Below, piece by piece: positions 62,865 to 64,000 of a stretch of DNA of 64,000 nucleotides; the first letter of the stretch is position 1, and every line of letters begins with the position of its first letter. Source of the stretch: an uncultured bacterium (GTDB taxonomy: Bacteria > Omnitrophota > Omnitrophia > Omnitrophales > Abzuiibacteriaceae); contig CAYLXA010000012.1 of NCBI GenBank assembly GCA_964387845.1, positions 1 to 64,000 of the forward strand, given 5' to 3'. A model generated the notes under the pieces. That model searched no databases. It was not told the origin of the DNA and saw only the letters and a list, made by a program, of their open reading frames with translations. Both the position numbers and the translations under genes were made by a program.

Positions 62865-62963
62865 GTGCCTTGCGGAAAAAAGCGTAAAAAAGCGAAGATG
62901 AACAAGCATAAGTGGAAGAAGAAACGCCGCAAACATCGCCATATGAAGAAGGCGTGGTCGTGA
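62865..62963 (+). CDS. Small Lys/Arg-rich protein, candidate bS22-like (AURKAIP1/DUF1713-type) ribosomal micro-protein
   Basis: A GGGAGAGG SD is 6 nt before GTG. Translation gives VPCGKKRKKAKMNKHKWKKKRRKHRHMKKAWS. An alternative ATG is at 62898. It is missing from the ORF track. Confidence 0.45.
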   Translation: MPCGKKRKKAKMNKHKWKKKRRKHRHMKKAWS

Positions 62964-62971
62964 AGAAAAAG

Positions 62972-63055
62972 AGGTAAGTGCTAAGTGGTAAGTGGTAAGT
63001 AATGGAAGTGTAATAGAATTTTTCTGTTACTTATCACTTATCACTGATCACTTAA
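62972..63055 (+). terminator. Hairpin with G·U wobble pairs on + strand RNA (AAGTGGTAAGTGGTAAGTAA / TTACTTATCACTTATCACT)
   Basis: The inverted repeat follows the micro-protein gene directly. It belongs to the same motif family as 250–330. Confidence 0.5.
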
Positions 63056-63059
63056 TGCT

Positions 63060-63950
63060 GTGAATTCTTTAATCGTTAAGTCGCCCGCCAAAGTTAATCT
63101 GTTCCTCAAAATTACCGGAAAAAGAAAAGACGGCTATCACACGCTGGTCACACTTTTCCATCGGGTCTCTCTTGCGGACGCACTAACGCTTCGAAAAATT
63201 CCTTCGGGAATTAAAATCAAGTCTAATGTTCAAAATCTTCCCAGTGATTCGCGTAATATTATTTGGCGCGCATTCAATACACTTCAAAAAGTGAGGCCGT
63301 TTAAAGGCGGCGTTGCCGTTACGATTAAAAAGCAGATTCCAATCGGCGGGGGAATGGGCGGCGGATCTTCAAACGCTGCTTCGTTCATGCTTGGCTTTAA
63401 TCGGCTCTATCAATTGAAAATTTCACGAAAAGAACTCTTCAAAATCGGTTCTCAGTTAGGAGCCGATGTTAATTTTTTTCTAGCCGATGTGAATCAAGCG
63501 GTGGGATCGGGTGCCGGTGACAAGATTGAGCCCGTTCGGTGCCGCGAAAGGCTTTGGTTTGTCATTGTAACGATGCCGAAACCGCTTCTGACGGTAAAAG
63601 TTTATAAATCATTGGATCTTAAATGTGTTTTGGCGGGAAAGTCGCGCTTGTTGACAAACCAAAAGCGGATTGCTAGACTTCTTGGCGGTCAGTCATTCCT
63701 CAGTCACTTCAACGTTTTCCCCGAACTTATACATAACGATTTGCAAAGCGCATGTCTTCGGCTTTATCCGAATGTCCGGAAAGTTATGCGGCTTTTGGAT
63801 GAAGGCGGGTCAATCAAAGCATTGGTTTCCGGGAGCGGGCCCACTGTTTTCGGGTTGGCAAAAAGCAAGCGCCAGGCGCGTCAGATTGCAGCGTATTTGA
63901 AGAAGCATTCTCGGTTTCATAAGAAAATTTTCATAGCGCAAACAGTCTGA
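63060..63950 (+). CDS. ispE: 4-diphosphocytidyl-2-C-methyl-D-erythritol kinase (GTG start)
   Basis: A GHMP kinase motif PIGGGMGGGSSNAA is present. The N-terminus is KVNLFLKI. Confidence 0.9.
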   Translation: MNSLIVKSPAKVNLFLKITGKRKDGYHTLVTLFHRVSLADALTLRKIPSGIKIKSNVQNLPSDSRNIIWRAFNTLQKVRPFKGGVAVTIKKQIPIGGGMGGGSSNAASFMLGFNRLYQLKISRKELFKIGSQLGADVNFFLADVNQAVGSGAGDKIEPVRCRERLWFVIVTMPKPLLTVKVYKSLDLKCVLAGKSRLLTNQKRIARLLGGQSFLSHFNVFPELIHNDLQSACLRLYPNVRKVMRLLDEGGSIKALVSGSGPTVFGLAKSKRQARQIAAYLKKHSRFHKKIFIAQTV

Positions 63951-64000
63951 CCTCCAACAGGGAAGGCTTTGTGAAAATTACCGAAGTGCGCGTCTATAAG

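Noticed and set aside
62972-63055. Tandem GTGGTAAGT units as a mini-CRISPR or satellite
   Set aside because: There are only 2–3 nine-bp units arranged as a hairpin, with no spacers and no cas genes.
63971-64000. Possible start of the next gene (GTG... VKITEVRVYK) after ispE
   Set aside because: Only 30 nt are available at the window edge. It cannot be supported.

Overview
The window is largely core bacterial genome at roughly 50% GC. Coordinates 14.0–45.2 kb carry an almost complete, collinear ribosomal-protein and transcription/translation supercluster on the + strand. Its order is tRNA-Thr, rpmG, tRNA-Trp, secE, nusG, rplKAJL, rpoBC, rpsL, rpsG, fusA, tuf, then the S10, spc and alpha operons through rplQ. 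L30 (rpmD) is absent. Three small genes are missing from the six-frame ORF track: rpmG, rpmJ and a candidate bS22-like basic peptide. The left 13.5 kb has housekeeping and accessory genes. These are a dienelactone hydrolase, an amtB/PII pair, an orphan YopX-like phage gene, SpoU MTase, FKBP, pirin and FMN reductase. There is also a translationally coupled three-gene c-di-GMP/two-component module, followed by pyrE. The right 19 kb holds an aminotransferase, a minimal Mfd, surA and pdxA. A 1363-aa uncharacterised secreted or membrane-anchored protein is inserted where rsmA(ksgA) normally follows pdxA, and rsmA is inverted. Next come gatCAB, a YibQ-like deacetylase, tsaD, larB, hisG and ispE. Six tRNAs are present, in clusters. 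Several short palindromic repeat families and one highly structured 400-bp intergenic element are visible. No CRISPR, IS element or integrase was found. The most novel candidates are the 1363-aa protein, the structured larB–hisG spacer, the minimal Mfd, the Zn-ribbon L24 and the unannotated basic micro-protein.
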